This document shows positions 1 through 15,097 of a DNA stretch of 64,000 bases, piece after piece (position 1 is the first letter of the stretch; every line of letters starts with the position of its first letter). The notes under the pieces are model-generated. The model was given only the letters and a program-made list of their open reading frames with translations, did no database searches and had not been told where the DNA came from. Location: assembly GCA_964016885.1 (NCBI GenBank), contig OZ024741.1, positions 128,650,001-128,714,000 on the forward strand, read 5' to 3'. This DNA comes from Eledone cirrhosa. Lineage: Eukaryota. Position numbers and translations under genes: made by a program.

Positions 1-965
1 GTGGTAGTGGTGGTGGTGGTGTTGGTGGTGTTGGTGGTGTTTGTGGTGGTGGTAGTGGTGTTGGTGTTGGTGATGGTGGTGTTGGTGGTGGTAGTGGTGT
101 TGGTGGTGGTAGTGGTGTTGGTGATGGTGGTGATGGTGGTGGAAGTGGTGTTGGTGGTGGTAGTGGTGTTGGTGGTGGTAGTGGTGTTGGTGATGGTGGT
201 GTTGGTGGTGGTGGTGTTGGTGGTGTTGGTGGTGGTAGTGGTTTTGGTGATGGTGGTGTTGGTGGTGGTGGTAGTGATGCTGGTGTTGGTGGTGTTGTTG
301 GTGGTGGTAGTGGTGTTGGTGATGCTGGTGTTGGTGGTGGTGGTAGTGGTGTTGGTGGTGGTAGTGGTGTTGGTGATGGTGGTGTTGGTGGTGGTGGTAG
401 TGATGCTGGTGTTGGTGGTGATGTTGGTGGTGGTAGTGGTATTGGTGGTGGTGGTGGTAGTGGTGTTGGTGGTGGTAGTGGTGGTGGTGGTGGTGGTGGT
501 GGTAGTGATGGTGGTGTTGGTGGTGGTGTTGGTGGTGGTAGTGGTATTGGTGGTGGTAGTGGTGTTGGTGGTGGTAGTGTTGGTGGTAGTGGTATTGGTG
601 GTGGTAGTGGTGTTGGTGGTGGTAGTGGTGTTGGTGGTGGTAGTGGTGTTGGTGGTGGTAGTGTTGGTGGTAGTGGTGTTGGTGGTGGTAGTGATATTGG
701 TGGTGGTAGTGGTGTTGGTGGTGGTAGTGGTGTTGGTGGTGGTAGTGTTGGTGGTAGTGGTGTTGGTGGTGGTAGTGATATTGGTGGTGGTAGTGGTGTT
801 GGTGGTGGTAGTGGTGTTGGTGGTGGTAGTGGTATTGGTGGTGGTAGTGGTGTTGGTGGTGGTAGTGGTGGTGGTAGTAGTGGTGTTGGTGGTGGTAGTG
901 GTATTGGTGGTGGTAGTGGTGTTGGTGGTGGTAGTGGTGGTGGTAGTAGTGGTGTTGGTGGTGTA
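1..965. repeat. Degenerate (GTG/GTA/TTG)n trinucleotide microsatellite
   Basis: Continuous GGT-based triplets; the poly-Val/Leu ORF is a by-product. Confidence 0.95.
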
Positions 966-1339
966 TGTTTGAAACATGAATGACATTTTTTTTTTTTTTT
1001 GACGTGGTTTTTCTTCTTTAACCTCAAAGCAATCGTTCCAACATAGTGAAACTTGAGTGTAGTCAGCACGTTGTCAGATGACAGTATGTGAGTCTATGTC
1101 TGTCTGTCTCTGTGTGTGTGTGTGAGTCTATGTCTGTCTGTATGTGTGTGTATGTGTGTCTACGTGTCTCTGTATGTGTTTGCGTGCGTGTGTGTGTCTA
1201 CGTGTGTGTGTGTGTATGTGTGTCTACGTCTGTCTGTGTATGTGTGTGTCTACGTCTGTCTGTGTATGTGTGTGTCTACGTCTGTCTATCTGTGTGTGCG
1301 TGAACGTGAGCATGTATGTGTGTGCGTGAGCATGTGCGC

Positions 1340-1375
<36 letters not shown>

Positions 1376-2084
1376 ATGATATTGTTTGTCTTGTCATATC
1401 AACTATTTTTCTGTACGTTAATAGAACGTTTTATAAAGTTTGTGTGTGTGCCTGTCTGTCTGTCTGTGTGTGTGTGTGTGTGTGTACGTACGTATATGTG
1501 TTTAATGTGTGTACGCGTGTGTGTGAATATATGAGTGAATGTGTATGTGTGCGTGTGTTTGAAATTGTTTGTCTTGTTATATCAACTATTTTTCTGTACG
1601 TTAATAGAATGTTTTATAAAGTGTGTGTGAATGTGTGTGTGTGTGTGTATGTGTGTGTGTGCGTGTGTATGTGACATTTGTGTGTATATGTATGTGTATG
1701 TATGTGGTATTGTTTGTCTAGTTATATAAGCTATGTATCTGTATGTCAATAGAACGTTTTATAAAGCCATTTTTTTTGTATGTCTATGTATATGTGTTTT
1801 GGGGGAGAAGGAGTAGTTAGAAAGAAAGGGTAGGATTCCATTTATCTTCCAAGATTTGGGGTGGGTTGGCGGCTCAGAGAGGTATTGGATAGGGCCAGGG
1901 ACCTTTGTGGGACCTCTGGATCTGATTGGTTGGAGCGATTGATGCCAATGTGGTGATGATAAACTGGATGATGGATTAAATCTATCACCCAAGTAAGCTA
2001 CAGCAAGATTTGAACTCAGAACACTAGCGGAATAAACACCACAAGGCACCTTGTCTGACGATTCTAACATTTCCATGAAACATG

Positions 2085-2195
2085 TGAAGATGTGTGGCTT
2101 TGTGGTTAGGGTCCTAAGTTTCCGATCGTAGGGTCGGGAGTTCGATTCCCGGCAACGGCTGCACATTGTGTCCTTGAGCAAGACATTTTATTTCA
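2085..2195 (+). mobile_element. tRNA-derived CORE-type SINE, 5' part
   Basis: A-box-like TGGCTTTGTGGTT, B box GTTCGATTCC, then TGTGTCCTTGAGCAAGACA (CORE-like); homologous to the minus-strand copy at 61715-62030. Confidence 0.8.
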
Positions 2196-2199
2196 TGAT

Positions 2200-3230
2200 G
2201 ATTGTTAGGGCGATGGTGATGGTGGTAGTGTTGGTTATGGTGATGGTGATGATAATGATGAAAGTGATGGGGAAGGTGACGGTTATGATAATGGTCGGGA
2301 TGGTAGTGTTGATGATGGTGTTGGAGATAGTGATAGTGATGATAATGATGATGATAGTGATAATGATGATGGTGATGATGGTGGTGGTGGTGATGGTGGT
2401 GGTGGTGATGATGATGATGGTGATAACGATGGTGATAATGTTCATGATGGTGATGATGGTGGTGATAGTGATGATGGTGATGATGGTTTTAATGATGATG
2501 ATGGTAATAGTGATGATGGTGATGGTGATGATGGTGATGGTGATGGTGATGGTGATGATGATAAGGATTCTTTTGATGTCAATATTTGTTATCAGAAAAA
2601 CAATATGAATTGATATTATGCAACACATTTTCAACACCATGACCACCACCACCACCATCACCACCACCACCACAACAACAACCACCATCACCACTATTAC
2701 CACCACCACCACCACTACAATCACCACCACTAACATCACGACCACTTCTACCACCAAGATTACCACCAGCGCCAGCACTACCACCAGCACCATTACCACC
2801 ATTACCACCAACAACGCCACCATTACTCCAGCCAATACTACCATCACCACCACCGCTACTATCACTGTTGACAATACTGTTACTATCATAACCACTATCT
2901 CTACTGATAACTCTATCATCACCATCACCATCACCATATCCACTACCACAACTCCCATGTCCATCACAATCATATCTTCAACTTAAGGTATCACAACCAT
3001 CAACACCATCAGCGCCATCACAGCCACCTTCAACATCACCATCACCAACATCGCCACCGCCATCACAGCCACCACCAACATCACCACCACCATCATCACT
3101 ACCATCAACATCACCATCACCAACATCGCCACCGCCATCACAGCCACTACCAACACCACCAATACCATTACACCATCACTGCCACCAACACCAACACCAC
3201 GACAGCATCACAACCACCACCGATATCACT
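2200..3230. repeat. (GAT/GGT)n tract followed by complementary (CAC/CAT)n tract
   Basis: Low-complexity triplets with a strand switch near 2560-2630. Confidence 0.9.
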
Positions 3231-3605
3231 TATGGAACATAACTTAAATGTTCTTCCAAAATATTATGATGGAAGCTTTTTAGATAAACCCTCTAATGAA
3301 AGACACTGCCTATATGTTTGAATTAATTTGAAAATAATCAAGGATTTGGAGAGATGTAATAATATAACTATCTTTCTAATTATTAAGCTGGTGTTCGGAA
3401 CATAACTTAACAAAAATTCTTACATAGAATTGTGATGGGAGCATTTTAAGATAAATGTAAATTTTTTAAACAGTTTTGTATCGTAGAACCAGGAACAGTT
3501 TCAAGCCGTTTGGTATCAAAGGAAGAGAAGGGTAATCATAATCTGCTTGATTAGGTTTGACCATGGACTAAACAACAACAACAACACTAGTACGATCACC
3601 AACAG

Positions 3606-3801
3606 CAGACCTGTCAACTCTCACCGTCGGACGGAGAGATCTCCCACACACTTTGGGGTGAGAGAGAGATGTCATCTCTTGTGAAAATGGGTATAGCTTT
3701 CATGATGTAAAATCTCCCTATTTTGCCCCCAATTCTCCCCGTTTTGAGGCACTTTTATTCATGGTACTCCCCGTTTGGGTTTTTAGAGGTTGGCAGGTTT
3801 G
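3606..3801. mobile_element. MITE with ~15-bp terminal inverted repeats
   Basis: CAGACCTGTCAACTC ... GAGGTTGGCAGGTTTG; flanks CAACAG / CAAAAG could be a 6-bp TSD with one mismatch. Confidence 0.6.
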
Positions 3802-4129
3802 CAAAAGTGACACAAGTGGAATCACTTTACAGTTATTTGACATGCTAGAAATAGCACATAAATTTCCTTCAGATCACTCGCTAACGTTTCTGCAAAAAGG
3901 AGCCGTTAGACAGCGTGGTAGTTAGTCCAATATTCAGTAAAAGACGGGATGGTCATGGTTGGAATATTTTCATCATAGGTCTACACATTCAACACTGCTT
4001 TAGATCTAAACAATAATAATTCACACCACCACCACAAATATCACACTAACCAACACGACAACCACCACCACCGCAACCATCACTACCTCAACAACAACAA
4101 CCACAAACATTACAATAACCAACACAACA

Positions 4130-5810
4130 CTAACACTACAACCACCATTACCACAACCTACACCCCAACTACCACAACTAACATAGCACTAACACTGCAA
4201 CCAACATTACCACAACCAGCACAGCACTAACACTACAACCACCATTACCACAACAAACACAACTACCACAACCAACACAACACTAACATTACAACCCCCA
4301 TTACCACAACCAACACAACTACCACAACCAACACAATACTAACACTACAACCCCCATTACCACAACCAATACAACACTACAACCACCATTACCACAACCA
4401 ACACAACTATCACAACCAACACAACACTAACACTACAACCCCCATTACCACAACCAACACAACACTAACACTACAACCACCATTACCACAACCAACACAA
4501 CTATCACAACCAACACAACACTAACACTACAACCCCCATTACTACAACCAACACAACACTAACACTACAACCACCATTACCACAACCCCCATTACCACAA
4601 CCAACACAACACTAACACTACAACCACCATTACCACAACCAACACAACTATCACAACCAACACAACACTAACACTACAACCCCCATTACCACAACCAACA
4701 CAACACTAACACTACAACCCCCATTACCACAACCAACACAACACTAACACTGCAACCACCAATACCACAACCAACACTACTATCACAACCAACACAACAC
4801 TAACACTACAACCCCCATTACTACAACCAACACAACACTAACACTACAACCCCCATTACCACAACCAACAAAACTATCACAACCAACAAAACTACCACAA
4901 CCAAACATAACAGTAACACTACAACCACCATTACCACAACCAACACTACTATCACAACCAACACAGCACTAACACTACAACCCCCATTACCACAACCAAC
5001 ACAACTATCACAACCAACACAGCACAAACACTACAACCCCCATTACCACAACCAATACAACACTAACACTACAACCCCCAATACCACAACCAACACAACA
5101 CTAACACTACAACCCCCATTACCACAACCAACACAACTATCACAACCAACACAACACTAACGCTACAACCCCCATTACCACAACCAACACAACACTAACA
5201 CTACAACCCCCAATACCACAACCAACACAACACTAACACTTCAACCACCATTACCACAACCAACACAACACTAACACTACAACCCCCAATACCACAACCA
5301 ACACTACTATCACAACCAACACAACACTAACACTACAACCCCCATTACTACAACCAACACAACACTAACACTACAACCCCCATTACTACAACCAACACAA
5401 CACTAACACTACAACCCCCATTACCACAACCAACACTAACACTACAACCCCCAATACCACAACCAACACAACTATCACAACCAACACAACACTAACACTA
5501 CAACCCCCATTACCACAACCAACACAACACTAACGCTACAACCCCCAATACCACAACCAACACAACACTAACACTACAACCCCCATTACCACAACCAACA
5601 CAACACTAACACTACAACCCCCAATACCACAACCAACACAACACTAACACTACAACCCCCAATACCACAACCAACACAGCACTAACACTACAACCACCAT
5701 TACCACAACCAACACAACTATCACAACTAACACAGCACTAACACTACAACCCCCATTACCACAACCAACACAACTATCACAACCAACGCAACTATCACAG
5801 CCAACACAAC
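4130..5810. repeat. Minisatellite, 38-bp unit with optional 18-bp sub-unit
   Basis: CAACACAACACTAACACTACAACCCCCATTACCACAAC repeated, interspersed with CAACACAACTATCACAAC. Confidence 0.9.
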
Positions 5811-6029
5811 TACCCCAACCGCCACAACCACCAGAACGACCAACACTACAACCTACACCATCACGACAACCATCACTATAACCATCCTCACTACAACCTA
5901 TCTACACTTCCACAACCAGCACAACTACCAACAAGAGAACCACCACTAACACCACCACCACCACCACCACCACCACCACCGCCGCCGCCACCACAACCAT
6001 ATGGCACATTCCATTAACGCTTTTAGGAT

Positions 6030-8270
6030 CTCAACAAAACCAAGACCACCACAACTACTACAACTACTACTACAATATTTACCACCACCGTCACTAACAC
6101 CACCCTAACCACCACATCTACCACCATCACCATAATGATGCCCCCCCCCCCCCCATACTCCACCGGAAGCATCGTACCGCTACCACCACCACCACCACCA
6201 TCACCAGCAGCACAACCTCCACCACCCACCACTACCACTACCTTCCTTCCCACCATTACCACCACATATACAATCGCCAACACCACCACCACCACAACAA
6301 CCACTACTACCACTACCCTCCTTTACACCATTACCACTACATATACAATCGCCAATGCCGCCACCATGGCCGACACCACCAGTAGCACAACTACCACCAC
6401 CACCCACCACTATCGCCACCATGGCCACCACAACAACCGCCGCCAACACCACCAGCAGCACAACCACCACCACCACCACTACAACCGCCGCCACACCACC
6501 AGCAGCACAACCACCACCACCACCACTACAACCGCTGCCACACCACCAGCAGCACAACCACCACCACCACCACTACCGCCACCATGGCCACCACTACAAC
6601 CACCGCCATCACCATCAGCTGCACCACCAACACCAGCCACCACCACCACTACCTTCCGTCCCACCATTACCACCACCACATATACAATCATCCCTACCGC
6701 CACCTCCACCCCTGTATCCCATACTCCATTAACGCTATTCCCATCTAGCTACACCTTCCCACCACACACCAACCTATAACCAATCAATATTCAATATGCC
6801 CCCACCCCACCCCTCTACACATCATCCTAACGTACTCCCTCTACAAACAGAAATCCTTTACCACGTCCTCCATCTAACAACTCGACACCCCCCCCCCCCC
6901 CCCGCCTTTACTTCTTTCGTCTCTTTGTTGTTGGTGTTGTTGTTGTGGTGGTGTTGGTGTTGGCGGTGGCAGTGGTGGTGTTGATGGTGGGGTGGGGGTG
7001 GGGTGATGGTAGTGGTGGTGGCGGTGACGGTGCTGGTGGTGATGGGGGTGGTGGTGGTGATGGGGGTGGCGGGCTGCTGCTGCTGTTATTCTCATTCTGA
7101 TAGCGGTGGTACTGTTGGTGGTATTGATGGCGGTGGTGTTGGTGGTAGTGGTGGTGGTAGTGGTGGTAATGGTGCTGGCAATGGTGGTGGTACTGTTAGT
7201 GATAATGATGGTGGTGGTGGGGTGGTGCTGGTGGCAGTCGTGGGTTAGTGATGGTGGCGGTGGGGAGGTTGGTGGTGATGGTAGTGGTGATGGTAGTGGT
7301 GGTGGTGGTGGTGGTGGTGGGGTGGTACTGGTGGTAGTCTTGGGTTAGTGCTGGTGGCGGCGGGGCAGTTGATGGGGATGGTAGTGGTGGTGGTGTTGGG
7401 TCGAGATAATGGTCATGGTGTCGGTGATGGTGGTGTGGTCGTGATGGCGGGGGTGGTGGCGGTGGTGTCGGTGGTGATGGCGGTGTTAGTGGTGTCGGTG
7501 TTAACATGCTGGTGGTGGTGGTGGTGGTGGTGTCGGTGGTGATGGCGGTGTTGGTGGTGTTGGTGTTATCATGCTGGTGGCGGTGGTATCTGTTAGTGGT
7601 GGTGGTGTCGGCGGTGTTGGTGGTGTTGGTGTTAACATGCTGGTGGTGGTGGTGGTGGTGTCGGTGGTGATGGCGGTGTTGGTGGTGTTGGTGTTAACAT
7701 GCTGGTGGCGGTGGTGTCTGTTAGTGGTGGTGTTGATCTTTTCTGTTGTTCTTTATCATCTCTATCAACACTATCATCACTACCACCTCTATCATCATTA
7801 TCACCATCTCCACCACCATCACTACTACCAACACCATCTCGACCACCACTACCATCACCATCTTCACCACCATCTCCACTACCATCACCACTACCATCAC
7901 CATCTCCACTACCATCACCACTACCATCACCATCTCCACCACCATCACCACTACCATCACCACTACCATCACCATCTCCACCACCATCACCACTACCATC
8001 ACCATCTCCACCACCATCACCAACACCATCACCACCACCATCACCATCACCATCTCCACTACCATCACCATCTCCACCACCATCACCACCGTTACCATCA
8101 TCATCGCCACCAGCATCACTACCATCACCACCACTACCTCCATAATCATCATCATCATCATATTCATCACAGACATATATCTACCAGCCACAACCACCTG
8201 CACCACCATCATTAATTTCACCAAGACTGTCATCAACATCAACATCAACATCAACATCACCACACCAACA
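6030..8270. repeat. Alternating (CCA)n / (GGT)n / (CCA,CAT)n low-complexity tracts
   Basis: Triplet-rich sequence with local duplications and strand switches near 6920 and 7740. Confidence 0.85.
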
Positions 8271-8572
8271 CTATCTCACCTATCTACCTATCTATCTATC
8301 TACAACCTATCAATCTCTCTCTCTCCCTCTCTCTCGCTATCTCCCCCCCTCTCTCGCCCTCTTCCCATACACTACCCCACTCTCAATATTTCCCCCACCC
8401 CATTAGACAAACAATCACGTTTTTTTTTCTTTTTAATTTAATTTCCCCTCCCCCACCATTCCCCTTTTTTCATTTCAATAATTACCCTCCCCCATTCACA
8501 CCCACAGCCACGCACTCTCTTTGTCTGCCTGTCCTTCATAATCTCTCTCCCTTTCTATCTATCTGTCTGTCT

Positions 8573-8655
<83 letters not shown>

Positions 8656-8758
8656 CCCACTGCCCCTCTCCGACACCGCCACCTATCTCAATCAATAAAT
8701 CCAATCTGGTATTGCATTATATTTGATATTTGACATGCATATTCATTATCATAACGTA

Positions 8759-8845
<87 letters not shown>

Positions 8846-8984
8846 ATATGCATATATATGTATATATATATTTATACACACCTACATATATATACATATA
8901 TATATATGTGTATATGTGTATATACATATTTATATGTGTGTGTGTGTATGTATGTATGTATATATATATATATATATTATATAT

Positions 8985-9021
<37 letters not shown>

Positions 9022-9569
9022 ACGTATTCATATACATACGTATGTGTATGGTGTAGTTGTTTACATAGATATCGCACACGTGTATACATACACACAATTT
9101 CTCATCACACCTCATGATAAAGCATGTTTCCTTTGGAGTTCTTTAATGCCCATGTACACAGATACACAGACATGTACCGACAAACACATACTCACAAAGA
9201 CACACACATACACACACGCACACATACACACAAGCATTTAGACATACACACAAATGCGCTCACACACTCATACACATACGCTCGCACAGACATTTACACA
9301 TGTTTGTATACAAATATACAGTGGGCTAGGGCATGAATATTTGACCCCCACCGAATTTGTTAAGCCTCCTTGTACACAGACACACACGCACAGACACCTA
9401 CAACCCCCACACACAAACACTGACACCTACCCCCCCGCCCAGACTCACACACACACACACACACATACACATATACACTCACAAGCACTGACACTTACAC
9501 CCACCCATCTACACACACGTATAAATTACATATGCACACAGTCACTTTACTGTTTGTATACTTCCCATA

Positions 9570-11050
9570 AATATAACATATTACATATCTTACATAACAC
9601 ATTACATATATTACATAACACATTACATATCTCACACAACACATTACATATCTTACATAACATATTACATATCTCATATAACGCATTACATATCTTACAT
9701 AACATATTACATATCTTACATAACACATTAAATATCTCGCATAACACAATACATACCTGAGATAACATATTACATATCTCACATAACACATTACATATCT
9801 TACATAACACATTTCATCTCTTACATAACATATTACATATCTCAACATAACACATTATATATCTCACATAACACATTACATATCTCACATAACATATTGC
9901 ATATCTTACATAACACATTACATATCTTGCATAACACATTGCATATCTTGCATAACATATTACATATCTCACATAACATATTACATATCTTACATAACCT
10001 ATTACATATCTTACATAGCCCATTACATATCTTACATACCATATTATATATCTTACATTACACATTACATATCTTACATAACATATTACATATCTCACAT
10101 AACATATTACATAGCTTACATAACCTATTACATATCTTACATAGCCCATTACATATCTTACATACCATATTATATATCTTACATTACACATTACATATAT
10201 TACATTACACATTACATACCTTTCATAACACATTACATATCTTACATAACACATTACATATCTTACATAACACATTACATTTCGTACTTAACACATTACA
10301 TATCTTACATAACATATTACATCACTTACATAACGCATTACATATCTCACATAACATATTGCATCTCTTACATACCACATTACATACCTTACATAACCCA
10401 TTACATATCTTACATAACACATTACATATCTCACATAACATATTACATATTTACATAACATATTACATATCTTACATAACACATTACATATCTCACACAA
10501 CACATTGCATATCTTACATAACACATTACGTATCTTATATAACACATTACATATCTCACATAACACATTGCATATCTTACATAACACAGTGTATATCTTA
10601 CATAACACATTACACATCTCAATAACATATTACATATCTCACATAACACATTACATACCTCACATAACACATTACATATCTTACATAACACATTACATAT
10701 CTTACATAACACATTACATATCTCGCATAACACATTACATATCTTACATAACACATTACATATCTTACATAACTCATTACATATCTTACATAACACATTA
10801 CGTATCTTATATAACACATTACATGCCTCACATAACACATTACATATCTTGCATAACGCTTTACATATCTTGCATAACATATTATATATCTCACATTGCA
10901 CATTACGTATCTTACATAACATATTACATATCTCACATAACACATTACATATCTTACATAACACATTACATATCTCACATAACACATTACATATCTCACA
11001 TAACATATTACACATCTTACATAACATATTACATATCTCACATAACATAT
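9570..11050. repeat. Minisatellite, 21-bp unit (~70 copies)
   Basis: ACATAACACATTACATATCTT tandem array; explains the HILHNTL and CYVRYVM ORFs. Confidence 0.95.
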
Positions 11051-11614
11051 TATATATATATATATGCTCATACACGTTCATTTATTGTGAATTATACGTT
11101 TTATACAAGCACACTTTTTATGTTTTACACATTTCACACAAATAGCACACATTTCACATAAAAACCACACATTTTACGTCATGTTACACACTACATAATA
11201 CAGTACTCACTACACAACACACTGTTCACTACACAACACACTGCTTACTACACAACACACTGCTCACTACACAACACACTGCTCTCTACACAATCAACTC
11301 CTCACTACACAACACATTATACAACACGCTACATATTACACACTACACAATACAACACTCCACTTATACAATACACATACACGCATACACATTACATAAC
11401 ACTCACACACATACAGACAAGGACAATATGACCCCCTCAGTCAACCTGACCCCTAATTCAACTATTGTATCCCCCTCTATATTACAGCAAGTCTGTTGTA
11501 ACACTCCACCCCTCCTTCAGATAACACTCCACTCCCTTTTTATCCACTCCACTCAACTCCACTTACCCAGTCTGTTAATATAGAGGAAGTACATCATCAA
11601 AGTATATAATATCA

Positions 11615-12965
11615 ATGACAACCACCCCACACTACCACCCCACACAGCCACTACCACCCTACAGCCACTACCACCCCACACTACCATTCCACACAGCCAC
11701 TACCACCCTACACAGCCACTACCACCCCACACAACCACCCTACACTACCACCTCACACTACCACCCTATACTACCACCCCACACTACCACCCCGCACTAC
11801 CACCCCACGCTACCACCTCATACTGCCACCTCACACTACCACCTCATACTACCACCCTATACTACCACCTTATACTACCACCCTACACTACCACCCTATA
11901 CTACCACCCTATACTACCACCCTATACTACCACTCTACACAGCCACCCCTTACAGCCACTACTACCCCACACAACCACCCTACACTACCACCTCACACTA
12001 CTACCTCACACTACCACCCCACACAGCCACCCCCACAACCACCCAACACAACCACCCAACACAACCACCTCACAACCAACACTTCACACAACCTCCCCAC
12101 ACAGCCACCCCACACAGCCACCCCACACAACCACCACCCCACAACCACCACTTCACAACCCCCCACAACCCCCACCACCACCAACACCACAACTACCACC
12201 ACCAACACCACAACCACCAACACCACCAACATCATAACCACCACTATCAACACCAACACTACAACTGCCACCACAACCACCAACACCACAACTACCACCA
12301 CCAACACCACAACCACCAACACCACCACCACAACCACCACCAACACCACAACTACCACCACGAACACCACAACCCCCACCACCAACACTACAACCACCAT
12401 CACAACCACCACCACCAACACCACAACCCCCACCACTAACACCAACACCACCTCCAACACCACAACTACCACCTCGACCACCACCACTGTCCACACTACC
12501 GCCACCACCATATCTCACAACCACCATTGTAAATCGGTTCCTTTTTATGTGTGTGTGTTTATGTGACATAAAGATGGGTGACAATAATGATGATAGTGGT
12601 AGTGGTGGTGTTTGTGGTGGTGGCGGCGGCGGCGGTGGCGGCTGCGGCTTTGGTGGTGGTGGTGGTGGTGGTGGTGGTGGTGGTGGCGGTGATGATGGAT
12701 ACGGTAGTGGGGATGGTGGTGACAGTGGTGATGGTGATGATGGTAGTGGTAATGGGTATGGTGGTGGTGATGGTGCTGGTTGAGGTGGTGGTAATGGGTA
12801 TGGGGTGGCGATGGATACGGTAGTGGTGGTGATGGTTGTAGTGATGATGGTGGCAGTAGTAGTGGTGGTGGTGGTGTGGGTAGTGATGGTGATGTAATAG
12901 TGGTAGTGGTGGTGGTGGGGGGAGGTTGTTGTCTTTGTTTGTTGGTTGTGATGATGGTGGTGCTG
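11615..12965. repeat. CCA/CAA-rich degenerate repeat followed by GGT-rich tract
   Basis: ACTACCACCC-type units, strand switch near 12550. Confidence 0.85.
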
Positions 12966-13762
12966 ATAAGGATTTTGGAATGGAGTGACATAGACCTTTT
13001 ACTTTCTTGTCTGTTCCGTCTGAAGCCCCTAAACCCTACTTAGCCCTAAGGGAGATATCACGGGAGCAGATCCCCACCCACCCCCACAGTCCGCCCTCTC
13101 TTTTCATCTTTGAAAACCTCACAAACTCTCTGAATAGATTGACTTGCGTCAGTTTTATTAGCTTTTCATCTATCTATCTATCTATCTATCTCCCTCTCTC
13201 TGTCTGTCTATCTATCTATCTCCCCCCTCTGCCTGTCTGTCTGTCTGTCTATTTATCTATCTACCCCCTCTGTCTGTCTGCCTGTCTCTTTACCTGCCTA
13301 TCTGTCTGTCTATATCTATCTTATATATATATATATTCTGTGTCCCCTCTCATATATTCAACTTACACCTCTTCACTCTGCTACTTTCTCACCTCTTTCT
13401 CACTCTTTCTCCCACCTCTCTCTCTGTCTTCCTATTCCCCTCCTACTGCGCCTCTCACGGCCACTCACACCCCTCCCTCTTCTCCATGTGCGTTCCGCTT
13501 CACTTCATCATGCGTAACTTGCATGTCTGTCTGCTAATGCAGACAATATGTTCAGTGAAGCGTGACGTCGGCAGGGACACGGCTGAGAGAGAAGAAAGTG
13601 ATGTGGGTACTGTGATGCTGTGTGGAGTGAGTGGGGTCGGGTGATATTAAAACAAGGAATTGGGGGAGGGGCAGTAGATTGGAATGAGTGAGAAATGGGG
13701 GGAGCTTTAGTCGACTAGAGAAAGACAAAGAATGATGCAGAGAAAGACAGACAGTCAGACAT

Positions 13763-13797
<35 letters not shown>

Positions 13798-14004
13798 TCT
13801 GAGAATGAAGGAGAGAAAGGTTTGAAGAAATATATAAACACGAGAGGGAGATCGTGATGACGAGAGGGAGGAGTGAGAAAAGAAAGAAAAAATTAAAGAA
13901 AAAGGAAGAAAAGAAAAAAAGAGGGAGAGAAAGAAAGAAAGAGAGAAAGAGATGAGAGAGAGGGGAGAGAATTTAATCCTTTTTGTGTGAAATAAGCTGT
14001 CTTT

Positions 14005-14865
14005 TTGTAGAGGAGCTAGGTCAATACGTTTTGTAGAGATACTAAGTCTACATTTTGTAGAGATTTTAAGTCAATATGTTTTGTAGAGATATTAAGTCAA
14101 TACGATTTGCAGAGATACTATGTCAATATGTTTTGTAGAGATTTTAAGTCAATATGATTTGCAGAGATAATATGTCAATATGTTTTGTAGAGATTTTAAG
14201 TCAATACGATTTGCAGAGATACTATGTCAATATGTTTTGTAGAGATTTTAAGTCAATACGATTTGCAGAGATACTATGTCAATATGTTTTGTAGAGATTT
14301 TAAGTCAATACGATTTGCAGAGATACTATGTCAATATGTTTTGTAGAGATTTTAAGTCAATACGATTTGCAGAGATAATATGTCAATATGTTTTGTAGAG
14401 ATTTTAAGTCAATACGATTTGCAGAGATACTATGTCAATATGTTTTGTAGAGATACTATGTCAATATGTTTTGTAGAGATACTATGTCAATATGTTTTGT
14501 AGAGATACTATGTCAACGTGTTTTGTAGAGATACTATGTCAATATGTTTAGTAGAGATACTATGTCAACATGTTTTGTAGAGATATTAAGTCAATACGAT
14601 TTGCAGAGATACTATGTCAATATGTTTTGTAAAGATACTATGTCAATATGTTTTGTAGAGATACTATGTCAATATGTTTTGTAAAGATATTAAGTGTATA
14701 TGATTTGTAGAGATATCAAGTCAATGTTTTGTAGAGATACTGTGTCAATACGATTTGTAGAGATACTATGTCAATATTTTGTAGAGATACTCTCAATGTT
14801 TTGTAGGGATATCCAGACAATGTTTTGTAGAGATATTAAGTCAATGTTTTGTAGAAATATTTAGT
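14005..14865. repeat. Minisatellite, 26-bp unit with a 52-bp dimeric higher-order block
   Basis: TATGTTTTGTAGAGATTTTAAGTCAA alternates with TACGATTTGCAGAGATACTATGTCAA over about 14075-14435. Confidence 0.9.
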
Positions 14866-14905
14866 TGACTTACGAAACATTTGGAAATTTGAAATTTGAA
14901 ATTTG

Positions 14906-15097
14906 AAAATATAGTCGCCACAAAGCAAATAGCAATAATAATAGTTGACAGTTTATATAATAGTTAAATAAAATTAGGTAAAGAACCACTGCAGGAAATC
15001 GAACCATGCATCTCACGTCATACGAGATATTTTATTCAACTATTATAAAGAGTAATAATCTAGCATTATACTTATTTGCACTGTGGCGACGATTTTC
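14906..15097. mobile_element. Short MITE with imperfect TIRs
   Basis: ATAGTCGCCACAAAGCAAATAG is the near reverse complement of CTTATTTGCACTGTGGCGACGAT. Confidence 0.55.

Noticed and set aside
1-972. 323-aa poly-Val/Leu ORF, and the similar poly-Thr, poly-His, YIYI and CVCV ORFs throughout
   Set aside because: Translations of stop-free microsatellites with no domain content.
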